DNA of 36,511 nucleotides from an uncultured Candidatus Saccharibacteria bacterium (GTDB lineage Bacteria > Patescibacteriota > Minisyncoccia > Phycocordibacterales > JAACPR01), in the NCBI GenBank assembly GCA_964598245.1, contig CAZRAX010000002.1:5124-41634 (forward strand), in the 5' to 3' direction. The first letter of the stretch is position 1; every line of letters begins with the position of its first letter. Positions 17,512-26,447 of this stretch are shown here, piece after piece. The notes under the pieces were generated by a model, which saw nothing but the letters and a program-made list of their open reading frames with translations, ran no database searches and had not been told where the DNA came from. The position numbers were made by a program, and so were the translations under genes.

Positions 17512-19398
17512 ATGGGAATTTTTAATTTTTTAAAAAAAGAAGATAAGACACCAGATATTACATCTTTTATGCCTCAACAAATTTATGAGTCTGGTATTTT
17601 GGAATTAAAAGATGTTATTGCTCCTTCGGCTTTCAAGGTTTCTCCAAAAGAAATTAACCTTGGTGACAAGGTCGCCAGAAGTTTTTTTGTTATTTCTTAT
17701 CCAAGATACTTAACTGAAAACTGGTTTTCTCCAATTATTAATCTTGAAAGAGTTTTTGACATTTCAATTTTTGTTCACCCCATTGAAACCTCAACAATAA
17801 TGAGAAAATTCCAAAAAAAGGTTGCAGAAATTCAAAGTCAAATTTCCACCAGGGAAGAAAAAGGTCTTGTTCGCGACCCCAAACTTGATACAGCATACAG
17901 AGACCTTGAAACACTTAGAGACCAGCTTCAACAAGCACAAGAAAAAATCTTTGATGTTGGTATTTATATTACAATTTATGCTGACAACAGCGATGAATTA
18001 GATAAATTTGAATCAGAAATGAAATCTATTTTAGAGTCTAAGTTAGTTTATGTAAAACCAGCAATTTTTCAACAAGAAGAAGGCTTTAAATCGGTTATAC
18101 CACTAGCAACAGACTTATTAAATGTTCATTCAAAATTAAACTCTGAACCTCTTTCTTCTGTTTTTCCTTTTATTTCTTTTGAATTAACAGATGACAAGGG
18201 AATATTGTTTGGTATAAACAGGCACAATTCTGGATTAGTTTTGTTTGATAGGTTTAGTTTACCAAACTATAATTCAGTTGTTTTTGCAAAATCTGGTGCT
18301 GGTAAATCATACATGACAAAACTTGAAATTCTACGATCTCTAATGTTTGACGTTGATGTTATTGTTATTGACCCAGAAAGAGAATATGAACAAATGGCAG
18401 AAGTAACAGGTGGAAGATTTTTTAATATTTCTTTAACTTCAGAACACCATATTAATCCTTTTGATTTACCAAAAATTGGTGAAGATGAAGAGCCAGCAGA
18501 TGTTTTACGATCAAATATCATAACACTAGTTGGACTATTTAGGGTTATGCTTGGTGGTCTTACGCCAGAAGAAGATTCTATTATTGATCGAGCAATTACT
18601 GAAACATACGCCCTAAAAGACATTACTCCTGAATCAGATTTTTCTAACGTTCAAGCACCTTTGTTGTCTGATTTTGAACTTGTTTTAGGAGGAATTGAGG
18701 GCGCCGAAGGGTTGGTTCAAAAATTATCAAAATATACCAAAGGAACATGGTCTGGATTTATTAACAAACCAACCAATGTTGATATTAATAAAAAATTCGT
18801 TGTCTTTTCTCTTCGTGATATGGAAGACGAATTAAAACAAGTGGCGACATATATTATCACCAACTATATTTGGACAGCAATTAGAAAAGAAAGAAAAAAG
18901 AGAATCATGGTTGTTGACGAGGCATGGTGGATGATGAAGTCAGATGACACAGCATCATTTTTGTTTGGTTTAGCCAAAAGAGGTCGTAAATATTACCTAG
19001 GAATTACTACTATTACTCAAGATGTTGAAGACTTTTTAAGATCCCCTTATGGTGGTCCAATTATTACCAACTCTTCTATTCAAATGCTGATGAAACAGTC
19101 CCCATCATCAATTGGTTTAGTTCAAAAAACTTTTAATTTAACGGATTCTGAAAAGAATTTGTTACTTCAATCAGATGTCGGGGAAGGGATATTCTTTGCG
19201 GGGGCCAAGAGAGTTGCCTTAAAAGTTATTGCCTCATACACCGAAGATCAAATTATTACTTCTGACCCAGCCCAATTACTATCAATTAAAAAAGCAAAAC
19301 AAGAACTTCAACAAAAAAATCAATCTAACTCAAACGAAGAAGATTCTTATAACCAATCAAAACTTTCAGAGGCACAAAAAACTCTTAACGAGTTTTAG
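17512..19398 (+). CDS. virB4: VirB4-family type IV secretion ATPase
   Basis: The VirB4 middle region (IAPSAFKVSPKEINLGDKVARSFFVISYPRYLTENWFSPII) is followed by Walker A FAKSGAGKSY and Walker B RIMVVDEAWWMM. Further on come GRKYYLGITTITQDVEDF and EGIFFAG. Confidence 0.9.
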   Translation: MGIFNFLKKEDKTPDITSFMPQQIYESGILELKDVIAPSAFKVSPKEINLGDKVARSFFVISYPRYLTENWFSPIINLERVFDISIFVHPIETSTIMRKFQKKVAEIQSQISTREEKGLVRDPKLDTAYRDLETLRDQLQQAQEKIFDVGIYITIYADNSDELDKFESEMKSILESKLVYVKPAIFQQEEGFKSVIPLATDLLNVHSKLNSEPLSSVFPFISFELTDDKGILFGINRHNSGLVLFDRFSLPNYNSVVFAKSGAGKSYMTKLEILRSLMFDVDVIVIDPEREYEQMAEVTGGRFFNISLTSEHHINPFDLPKIGEDEEPADVLRSNIITLVGLFRVMLGGLTPEEDSIIDRAITETYALKDITPESDFSNVQAPLLSDFELVLGGIEGAEGLVQKLSKYTKGTWSGFINKPTNVDINKKFVVFSLRDMEDELKQVATYIITNYIWTAIRKERKKRIMVVDEAWWMMKSDDTASFLFGLAKRGRKYYLGITTITQDVEDFLRSPYGGPIITNSSIQMLMKQSPSSIGLVQKTFNLTDSEKNLLLQSDVGEGIFFAGAKRVALKVIASYTEDQIITSDPAQLLSIKKAKQELQQKNQSNSNEEDSYNQSKLSEAQKTLNEF

Positions 19399-19401
19399 AA
19401 A

Positions 19402-19782
19402 ATGGAAAATCAAAAAATAAATTATCGAATAGGAAAAATTACGGGGTGGTTAATGATTTCTTGCGCCATCCTTTACGATTTTTTAGAATTTAGCGTTGAT
19501 TGGATACCCGTTCTTGGACAAGGTATTTCTTTTTTCATAGATTTTATTGCTATTTTGCATTTTTCTTTTTGGTTTATTCTTTTGGGAGTTAATTTGATAA
19601 AACCACAAAATATTTTACGTTTTTGGACTCCACAAATAATAGAACTTTTACCAATTCCGCTAATAGATTTTTTCTTAACCACCCTTGCTGTTTTTCTTAC
19701 TATAAAAATGTCTAGGATCGAGGACCGGTTGGGAGTTGGCATTATTAAAAAACCAAAACCCAAATTAAGGCGCAGAAGTTAA
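19402..19782 (+). CDS. small 3-TM membrane protein with a basic C-terminus (hypothetical)
   Basis: The 126-aa protein has helices ITGWLMISCAILYDFLEF, ISFFIDFIAILHFSFWFILLGV and LPIPLIDFFLTTLAVFLTI. The tail is KKPKPKLRRRS. Confidence 0.55.
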   Translation: MENQKINYRIGKITGWLMISCAILYDFLEFSVDWIPVLGQGISFFIDFIAILHFSFWFILLGVNLIKPQNILRFWTPQIIELLPIPLIDFFLTTLAVFLTIKMSRIEDRLGVGIIKKPKPKLRRRS

Positions 19783-19783
19783 T

Positions 19784-20833
19784 ATGATTGATTACAAGAT
19801 GAATAATTTTGATATAATTAAAATAATGAAAAAATATTTATTTTTAATAATAATTTTTTTAATATTACCACTAATATTACCCCTGGGGGCGTCTTCTCAA
19901 ACCCAAATAGAAGAACAGCTTTCAATTACTTTTTCACCACAATATCCTGGGCCAAATGAATTTGTTGATATTGATATTAATAGCTATCAAACAGATTTAG
20001 ACAAATCTGAAATTAGTTTTTATGTTAATGGTACATTTAATAGTGGTGGGGTAGGCGTTAAAAGTTTTTCTTTTTTAACTGGTGAGGTTGGTGAGACATC
20101 AAACATTTTAATTAGAATTGATAAACCAAACGGATCAAGAACTGAAAAAAGATATTCGATAACACCAGGAGAAATAAATTTATACTACGAACCACAAACC
20201 TATACACCACCATTTTACAAAGGACGATCAGAATTTAGTAATCAATCTGATTTAAAAATTTTTGCTTTGGCTAATTTTGTCGACAACCAGGGGAACGCAA
20301 TACCCAAAAATGAAATCGTTTATACTTGGAAAATAAATGGTGAGATAAAGCAACGAGAATCTGGGGTTGGGAGAGATGTTTATTATTACAGATCTAATTT
20401 AATTCCAGAACCAGTTCAAATTATTTTAGAAGCCTCTCCTATAAATTCACAACAAATCTCTAGAGTTTTTGGGTCTATTACACCATCAGAACCGTTAATT
20501 TTAATCTATGAAAAAAATCCAATTTATGGGACAATTTTCAGTCAAGACATAAAAGAGGGTTCAATTTCTGGGAGAGAAGAAATAGAAGTAACTGCTATAC
20601 CTTACTTTTTTGATGAAGATATTTTATCGATAGGAGAATTTGAGTGGTTTTTAAATGGAAAGGTTTCAGATTTTTTTGATCTAAATAATATTATTTTTAG
20701 AAGGGTTGATAATAATCCAAGTAATAACAATGTATCAGTTGAAATAATTAACCCAAGCAAGATTATGCAATCAAAAAAATATTCTTTTGACTTAAATTTT
20801 GATCAAAACAATGATAAATCTTTTGAATTTTAA
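19784..20833 (+). CDS. secreted or membrane-anchored beta-rich protein (hypothetical; possible VirB8/PrgL-position component)
   Basis: The N-terminal hydrophobic segment is YLFLIIIFLILPLILPLGASSQ, and the remainder is beta-strand-like. The start is uncertain (Met1 at 19784 or MKKYLF at about 19826). Confidence 0.5.
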   Translation: MIDYKMNNFDIIKIMKKYLFLIIIFLILPLILPLGASSQTQIEEQLSITFSPQYPGPNEFVDIDINSYQTDLDKSEISFYVNGTFNSGGVGVKSFSFLTGEVGETSNILIRIDKPNGSRTEKRYSITPGEINLYYEPQTYTPPFYKGRSEFSNQSDLKIFALANFVDNQGNAIPKNEIVYTWKINGEIKQRESGVGRDVYYYRSNLIPEPVQIILEASPINSQQISRVFGSITPSEPLILIYEKNPIYGTIFSQDIKEGSISGREEIEVTAIPYFFDEDILSIGEFEWFLNGKVSDFFDLNNIIFRRVDNNPSNNNVSVEIINPSKIMQSKKYSFDLNFDQNNDKSFEF

Positions 20834-20835
20834 TT

Positions 20836-22518
20836 ATGGAAAAAAATACTAAAAAAACAATATTTTCTTTTTTCGTGATAGGACTCTTTCTTTTATTTAT
20901 TGCTGGTACATTTAATAATCAACCAGAAATAATTTCTGAATCTCAAAGAAGTTTATTGGTTGCACAATCATCATATCAACCCATCTCTGGTATCGAACTA
21001 AATGTTAATTCTGAAAAAACAGGTTTTGCTCAAATTTTAACAACAATTTTTGGTTGGGGAATTGCAATCGCAATTGTTTTGGCAATTTTAGTTATTGTTT
21101 GGGGTGGAATTCAATACATGACAACCGATGCTTTTAGTGAAAAGACTGACGGTAAGGAAAAAATCAAGGGGGCAGTTGGAGGATTAATTTTAGCTCTAGT
21201 CTCTTGGTTAATTTTAAATACAATAAATCCGAGAATTTTGGAAGATAATTTTTTAACAAAAACAAAAGAGGCAAATCAAAGTCAGTCTGGCACCCCCACA
21301 AACACCAGTGGCAGTGGTGCTACGGGGACACAAACCAGTCCAACCACAGGAACACCCGGACAAGATCTCCAAAACCCAACACAGGTTAAGCAGAATGCCT
21401 CTTCTGGTATTACTTTTGATCAAAACACCCAAGATTATATAGATAGCAATGGTTTAAAGACAAACACACTTAATACCATAAATCATCTGGGTGACAGTAT
21501 TGGTAGTTCTGAAAATCAAGTTGTTGTTTCTGCAGGAACAACAGATTCTTTTTCAATAAATTATTCTGATAATTCTGACAGGAGTGATTCTATAGATAAT
21601 TACTTTGTTGAAAGTTTTCAACAAGAATACGCAATTGATGGTGTAGAAGATATTCAAACAGAAACACCCTATGTTATAACAATTGATGGTGTAGAAAATG
21701 AGGTTATAAAAAATAGTTCTGGTTGGTTTATCCAAACAACAGACTTTAACACCACAGGACAGGTCGCACCGCAAGAAACGACAGAAGGGGCTGATGATGT
21801 CCAAACACCAGAAACACCACCAACAAACAGCAGTTTTACTCCAGAAAACACAAGTGAGGAGGATGGTGCACCAGAGACACCAACAAACAACAGCCCTGAA
21901 CCCGTCCAGAATCCAGAAGAAAACCAAGACCAAAGCCAGGGAGTCGATTCAGATAGTGACAAAGCAACACTTAGTGAAATAAAAAGTGAGAGTGATTTTA
22001 TTATTAGGCAAGAATTGGCCTCTGAAAATATTTTTGTGGAAAACCAAGAAGCAAACTTGGTTAATCTTTCTGGTGATTTAAAAAGTGTTTTAACTGAAAT
22101 TAGAAATTTTTGTTGTGGACTTGTAACACTCAGTACCGGAGAAATAACATACGGAACATCTTTTAATGTTACAACAATAGATTCAAGCCAAAATTCTTTT
22201 TTGATAGAAGGGGGGGTAGTTGATGAAAGAAATTATTCAAGCAGTAATTGGCGACCAATAACAGAAAATCTTTCTGAAAATTTATACCCAAACGAGTACT
22301 TAATTGGTTCTTCTAAAAAATGTTCTATTTTCAACCCCTTTTGTAATTTTTTTGGGAAAAATATAACAACAAATAAAAAGTATGAAAGCCTAGAAAAAAA
22401 GGGGGTCGATTACCGAGATCTAAAAAGCGGAGAAGTATACCGCGGTGAAATGTCCGGTGTTAATTTTGAAGCAACATATGGTGAAAACAGTTGGTTTATT
22501 CAAATAAAAAATGTTTAA
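20836..22518 (+). CDS. VirB2/TrbC-like T4SS pilin hairpin fused to a long T/S/P-rich linker and a C-terminal extracellular domain
   Basis: A signal/anchor segment (IFSFFVIGLFLLFIAGTF) precedes FAQILTTIFGWGIAIAIVLAILVIVWGGIQYMTTDAFSEKTDGKEKIKGAVGGLILALVSWLILNTINPRIL. That stretch is two TM helices joined by a short basic loop, as in T4SS pilins. Next come the linker QSGTPTNTSGSGATGTQTSPTTGTPGQ, an acidic/Pro stretch and a Cys-containing C-terminal domain. The motif WFIQ occurs twice (SGWFIQTTDF and NSWFIQIKNV). Confidence 0.55.
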   Translation: MEKNTKKTIFSFFVIGLFLLFIAGTFNNQPEIISESQRSLLVAQSSYQPISGIELNVNSEKTGFAQILTTIFGWGIAIAIVLAILVIVWGGIQYMTTDAFSEKTDGKEKIKGAVGGLILALVSWLILNTINPRILEDNFLTKTKEANQSQSGTPTNTSGSGATGTQTSPTTGTPGQDLQNPTQVKQNASSGITFDQNTQDYIDSNGLKTNTLNTINHLGDSIGSSENQVVVSAGTTDSFSINYSDNSDRSDSIDNYFVESFQQEYAIDGVEDIQTETPYVITIDGVENEVIKNSSGWFIQTTDFNTTGQVAPQETTEGADDVQTPETPPTNSSFTPENTSEEDGAPETPTNNSPEPVQNPEENQDQSQGVDSDSDKATLSEIKSESDFIIRQELASENIFVENQEANLVNLSGDLKSVLTEIRNFCCGLVTLSTGEITYGTSFNVTTIDSSQNSFLIEGGVVDERNYSSSNWRPITENLSENLYPNEYLIGSSKKCSIFNPFCNFFGKNITTNKKYESLEKKGVDYRDLKSGEVYRGEMSGVNFEATYGENSWFIQIKNV

Positions 22519-22520
22519 TT

Positions 22521-22529
22521 TGTTATAAT
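22521..22529 (+). promoter_or_regulatory. extended -10 element TGtTATAAT, 6 nt upstream of the 22536 ATG (internal promoter candidate)
   Basis: The sequence reads aatttTGtTATAATtaaaaaATG. Confidence 0.5.
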
Positions 22530-22535
22530 TAAAAA

Positions 22536-23804
22536 ATGGATAAAAATACAGCAAAAAAAATTTTAATACTCGTTATTGTTCTGGCCGTTGGTGTTGTTTC
22601 ATATTTTTTGTTTTTTCAAAACAATGAAAATGAGCCGGGGGGCGAGGTAACAATCCCAGATCAACCCAATAGTAACTTTTTCCCTGATTCAGAACCAATA
22701 TCAGATACCGAACAAGAACACCCGCAATTACAAGAAAAATTTAATATTCCAGCACTAAGACAAATTTCTGAGAATCCTGTTTCTGGCTTTATCATTTTTG
22801 ATAAAGAAACCGTCTTAGAAAAAAATAGTACCTCAACAGACGAAGAGTCGGTGGTATCAGAAACGGTTTATCGTTTTGTAAATAGGTCAAACGGTAACAT
22901 TTTAGAGACAACTTCTAGAAACAGTACCATTAAAAGATTAACTAACGACACAATTCCCAAAACACAAAGGGCATATTTTAGTAATTCTGGGGATCATGTT
23001 GTTTATCAATATTTAAACGAAAACGATGTGGTGGAAACCATCTTTATTAGTCTTATTACCAAAGATGCCCCAGCAACAACAAGTGATTCTTTTATTGAAA
23101 TAAATAAAAACAAACTTCCAAGAAATATAGAAGATATTATTATTTCTAAAGAAAATAATGTTTTATACACAAGAGAGTCAGGAGGTTTTTTATCTGGTTT
23201 TTATTTTAATGTAGATAATTTTGTTAATCAACAAAAAATATTTGATTTAGAAAAAAAAGAATTGGTTTTTTCTTGGCTAGACAACAACAATTTTTATGCT
23301 GGAACCAAACCATCTCTTAACCAGAAAAATTATTTATTTAAATTAAGTATTAATGATAATGATTTAAAAATGGTTTCTGATTTTAATTCTGGTTTTAGTT
23401 ATCTATTAAGCCCAGAAACAAATTCCATTTTGTATTCAGAAAACGAAGGTGGTTTAATTAATGTTTTCAAAAAAGATCTTTCAACAAACGAGGTTGTTGA
23501 TTTAAAAATTAGCACTATTGTTGATGAAAAGTGTGTTTGGTCAAAAAAAGAGGAGGACACTGCTTATTGCGCTGTGCCGCTCTTAACAATTGGTTTTGGT
23601 TATCCAAACATTTGGTATCAGGGTCAAGTTTCTTTTGTCGATTCTCTATACAAAATTGATACAAATTCTGGTGAAAAAACTGCCCTTACTGGTCTAAGCG
23701 GTGAATTTGATATAATTAATTTACAAGTTTCTGAAAATGATGAGTATCTTTCATTTATAAATAAAAAAGATTTAACTCTTTGGAGTCTAGATATTAAAAA
23801 ATAA
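22536..23804 (+). CDS. membrane-anchored beta-rich protein, possibly beta-propeller (PD40/TolB-like) (hypothetical)
   Basis: The N-terminal anchor is ILILVIVLAVGVVSYFLFF. Recurrent strand-like motifs (YFSNSGDHVVYQY, SPETNSILYSEN and SENDEYLSFINKKDLTLWSL) resemble propeller blades. The stop codon abuts the yidC stop with no gap. Confidence 0.45.
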   Translation: MDKNTAKKILILVIVLAVGVVSYFLFFQNNENEPGGEVTIPDQPNSNFFPDSEPISDTEQEHPQLQEKFNIPALRQISENPVSGFIIFDKETVLEKNSTSTDEESVVSETVYRFVNRSNGNILETTSRNSTIKRLTNDTIPKTQRAYFSNSGDHVVYQYLNENDVVETIFISLITKDAPATTSDSFIEINKNKLPRNIEDIIISKENNVLYTRESGGFLSGFYFNVDNFVNQQKIFDLEKKELVFSWLDNNNFYAGTKPSLNQKNYLFKLSINDNDLKMVSDFNSGFSYLLSPETNSILYSENEGGLINVFKKDLSTNEVVDLKISTIVDEKCVWSKKEEDTAYCAVPLLTIGFGYPNIWYQGQVSFVDSLYKIDTNSGEKTALTGLSGEFDIINLQVSENDEYLSFINKKDLTLWSLDIKK

Positions 23805-24554
23805 TTAATTGGGTTGTTTAACCACCTTTTTAATTGTCTTTTTTAAATAATACTCTTGGAAAATTGAAAAAACGTTGCTTGTTAATAAATAAAGAGCAAC
23901 AATGGCACCAAAAGTATAAGACACAAATAATATAATTACGGGTAAAACATAAACCATTTGAGTTTGAACTTTTTTCATAATATCTTCCATTGAACCCTCT
24001 TCGGGTTTCTCTTCTTTTTGAGATGAAGATAATAAAAGTTTTGTTTGTATGTACTGTGTCAGACCAACCAAAATAGCCAGCAGAACACTTTTGGATGTTA
24101 AATCAATGCCCAAGAAAAATGTGTTGACGGATTCTGGATATGGTATAAAAGAATAAATTAAATCAGGATTAATGTTTGGTAATCCTGCCTTAATAAACAT
24201 ATAGTAAAAACCAAAAAGTAGGGGAAGTTGTATAAACAACATTAAAATACCAGCAAAAGGTTTTATGTCATTTTCTCTGTATAACTTCATTGTTTGTTGA
24301 GCCATTTCCTGTGGGTTATCTTTGTATTTTTTTTTGAGCTCTTTCATTGGTCCTTGAATATCTTTCATTTTAATCTGGGTTTTAATCTGGCTTTTTGAAA
24401 GGGGGAAAATAACAAAACGAAAAAGAATAGTTAATATTATAATTGCCACACCAAGATTATTAGTTAAGAAGTCAACCAAAAAAATCAGGGAGTTATAGAA
24501 TGGCCGAACCACAATATTTATAAATAATGAAGTAATCATAAAATTATTTACCAA
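23805..24554 (-). CDS. yidC: membrane protein insertase YidC (short, monoderm type)
   Basis: LGVAIIILTILFRFVIFPLSKSQIKTQIKMKDIQGPMKELKKKYKDNPQEMAQQTMKLYRENDIKPFAG is the conserved Oxa1/YidC core. The gene sits in the canonical rpmH-rnpA-yidC context. Confidence 0.9.
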   Translation of the reverse strand: MVNNFMITSLFINIVVRPFYNSLIFLVDFLTNNLGVAIIILTILFRFVIFPLSKSQIKTQIKMKDIQGPMKELKKKYKDNPQEMAQQTMKLYRENDIKPFAGILMLFIQLPLLFGFYYMFIKAGLPNINPDLIYSFIPYPESVNTFFLGIDLTSKSVLLAILVGLTQYIQTKLLLSSSQKEEKPEEGSMEDIMKKVQTQMVYVLPVIILFVSYTFGAIVALYLLTSNVFSIFQEYYLKKTIKKVVKQPN

Positions 24555-24864
24555 TAATACACTTATTTAATAAATTATCAAAATTTTTGAAATCCTTCTC
24601 TTGGGGATTTTTTTTCAACAAAACAATAATATCCTTATTTTCAATTTTTTGTTTTTTAATTGCTTCTGTTATCCTTCTTTTTAAAAAATGTCTTTTAACA
24701 GCACTGGGGATTGTTTTTTTTGAAATAATAATAGAAAATTTTGCTGTTTTTTCTTTTTTGTTTAGGCCTTTTATTAAAAAATTTTGATCTTGAATCAAAA
24801 AATTGGGATTTTTTAGTATCTTTTCAATTTCTTTTCTTTCAATTCTTTGTTTTTTTGAAAACAT
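24544..24864 (-). CDS. rnpA: ribonuclease P protein component
   Basis: The 106-aa basic protein lies directly downstream of rpmH. It carries the RNR-like motif AVKRHFLKRRITEAIKK. Confidence 0.85.
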   Translation of the reverse strand: MFSKKQRIERKEIEKILKNPNFLIQDQNFLIKGLNKKEKTAKFSIIISKKTIPSAVKRHFLKRRITEAIKKQKIENKDIIVLLKKNPQEKDFKNFDNLLNKCIIGK

Positions 24865-24999
24865 TAGACACCAAGTCTTTTTCTACCCTTTTTCCTCCTT
24901 AGGTTCAAGATTTTTTTACCAGCGGATGTTTTTGATCTTGTTCTAAATCCATGAGTTTTTAATCTTTTTCTTTTTTTGGGTTGATAGGTTATTGACATA
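24865..24999 (-). CDS. rpmH: 50S ribosomal protein L34 (not in the supplied ORF track because it is under 60 aa)
   Basis: The reverse complement translates to [44 protein letters not shown] plus TAA. This is the L34 signature (YQP.KRKR..HGFR.R....G..vL..RR.KGRK.L). Its stop abuts the rnpA ATG. Confidence 0.95.
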
Positions 25000-25097
25000 T
25001 TTTTTATTAACAGTTTATTAACATGTTTTTAACATAATTTGATTTTTTAATCAAGTTTTTATTTTTTGTTTTAGGTATATAATGTTTATCACGTTTT

Positions 25098-26447
25098 ATG
25101 TCTTCAACAACCAGCCACAAAAATATTTGGGAAGATGCTCTAGAGGATATAGAGCAACAAATTTCCAAAGCAAATTTTAATACATGGTTTAAGGACACCT
25201 TTATAAACAAAATAAATGATGGTACCGCACAGGTCGGGGTGCCAAACAGTTTTGTTAGGGATTGGTTAAATAAAAAGTTCTATAAAACTATTCTAAAAAC
25301 ACTTCGTAATATCTCTGAAGACATAAGGTCTTTGGAAATTGTTGTTTCCAAAAAAGAAAAAACTGATGACATCCAACCAAAAGAGGTCCAAAATGTTGGG
25401 GAACTTCCTTTGGCAAATTATTACATAAACAAAGAAGATAATCTAAACCCAAGATACACATTTAATAATTTTGTTGTTGGTCCTTTTAATGAGCTTGCTC
25501 ATGCAGCCTCTCAAGCAATTATTAAACAACCAGGAATTGTTTATAACCCATTATTTGTTTATGGAAACACAGGACATGGTAAAACCCACCTAATTCAAGC
25601 TGTTGGAAATCAAATTAAAAAATGCTTTCAAGACAAAAAAATTTATTATGTAACATCAGAAAAGTTTACAATTGATTATGTAACCTCTGTTCAGAGTAAT
25701 AAAATTAATTCTTTTAAAGAAAAATATAGGAAATATGATATTTTAATTATGGATGATATTCAATTTCTTTCTGGGAAGGAAAAAACCCAAGAAGAGCTTT
25801 TTCATTTGTTTAATAGTTTTTATGACAACAACAAACAAATTCTTTTTTCTTCAGACCAACACCCTAATTTTATCCCAGGCCTGGAGGAGAGGCTAAAATC
25901 GCGCTTTAATCAGGGAATGATTGTAGATATCTCTAAACCAGATCATGAATCTCGGGTTGCTATTATAAAAACAAAAATGGAAAAAAATAATGTTTATTTG
26001 AAAAAAGATCTTTATGATTTTGTAGCAACCGCTGTTGAAGGAAACATTAGAGAGCTAGAGGGTGTTGTTAATTCTTTAATTTGTCAAACTAATCTAAAAA
26101 ATAGACAATTAAATCAAAACGAGATTCGTGACTTAATTAAAAACACCTCAAGACCAAAAAAAATTATTTCTGTTAATGATCTGCTTAAAATTATTTCTGA
26201 TTTTTATAATATAGAACCAGAAAATATAAAAAATAAAACAAGAAGAAAAGAGGTTGTTCGACCAAGACAAATAGCGATGTATATTTTAAGAGAAGATTTT
26301 AATATTTCTTTTCCAACAATTGGTGAGAAGCTTGGTGGTAGAGATCATACAACAGTTATTCACTCTTGTGAAAAAATTAAAAAAGATTTAAAAATTGACA
26401 ACACACTAACCCAACAAATAGGTCAAATCAGGTCGATGTTGGGTTAG
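25098..26447 (+). CDS. dnaA: chromosomal replication initiator protein DnaA
   Basis: Domain I is WEDALEDIEQQISKANFNTWFKD. Walker A is VYGNTGHGKTHL and Walker B is ILIMDDIQFL. NIRELEG and the domain IV DNA-binding helix (RPRQIAMYILRE...GGRDHTTVIHSCEKI) are also present. Confidence 0.97.
   Translation: MSSTTSHKNIWEDALEDIEQQISKANFNTWFKDTFINKINDGTAQVGVPNSFVRDWLNKKFYKTILKTLRNISEDIRSLEIVVSKKEKTDDIQPKEVQNVGELPLANYYINKEDNLNPRYTFNNFVVGPFNELAHAASQAIIKQPGIVYNPLFVYGNTGHGKTHLIQAVGNQIKKCFQDKKIYYVTSEKFTIDYVTSVQSNKINSFKEKYRKYDILIMDDIQFLSGKEKTQEELFHLFNSFYDNNKQILFSSDQHPNFIPGLEERLKSRFNQGMIVDISKPDHESRVAIIKTKMEKNNVYLKKDLYDFVATAVEGNIRELEGVVNSLICQTNLKNRQLNQNEIRDLIKNTSRPKKIISVNDLLKIISDFYNIEPENIKNKTRRKEVVRPRQIAMYILREDFNISFPTIGEKLGGRDHTTVIHSCEKIKKDLKIDNTLTQQIGQIRSMLG

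Noticed and set aside
21553-21982. Three overlapping ORFs (two minus, one plus) in the acidic/Pro-rich part of the pilin-fusion gene
   Set aside because: They occur only in the low-complexity linker region, where all frames stay open. The sense frame is continuous with the conserved N- and C-terminal parts.
9414-23804. Integrative conjugative element interpretation of the T4SS-like block
   Set aside because: The block has no adjacent integrase, relaxase, coupling protein or flanking direct repeats in the window. Its base composition resembles the housekeeping genes, and it is wedged between rsmA and the origin-proximal yidC-rnpA-rpmH genes. The only recombinase in the window is about 9 kb away, separated from the block by core genes. 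A definitive answer needs a whole-genome search.
25005-25035. Repeated TTATTAACA / TTTTTAACA motifs between rpmH and dnaA as DnaA boxes
   Set aside because: Each has two or more mismatches to TTATCCACA at the conserved CC. On the minus strand they read TGTTAATAA / TGTTAAAAA, which is the window's promoter-type extended -10 motif, and the proximal copy sits 5 nt from the rpmH ATG. I left this ambiguous and did not call them boxes.
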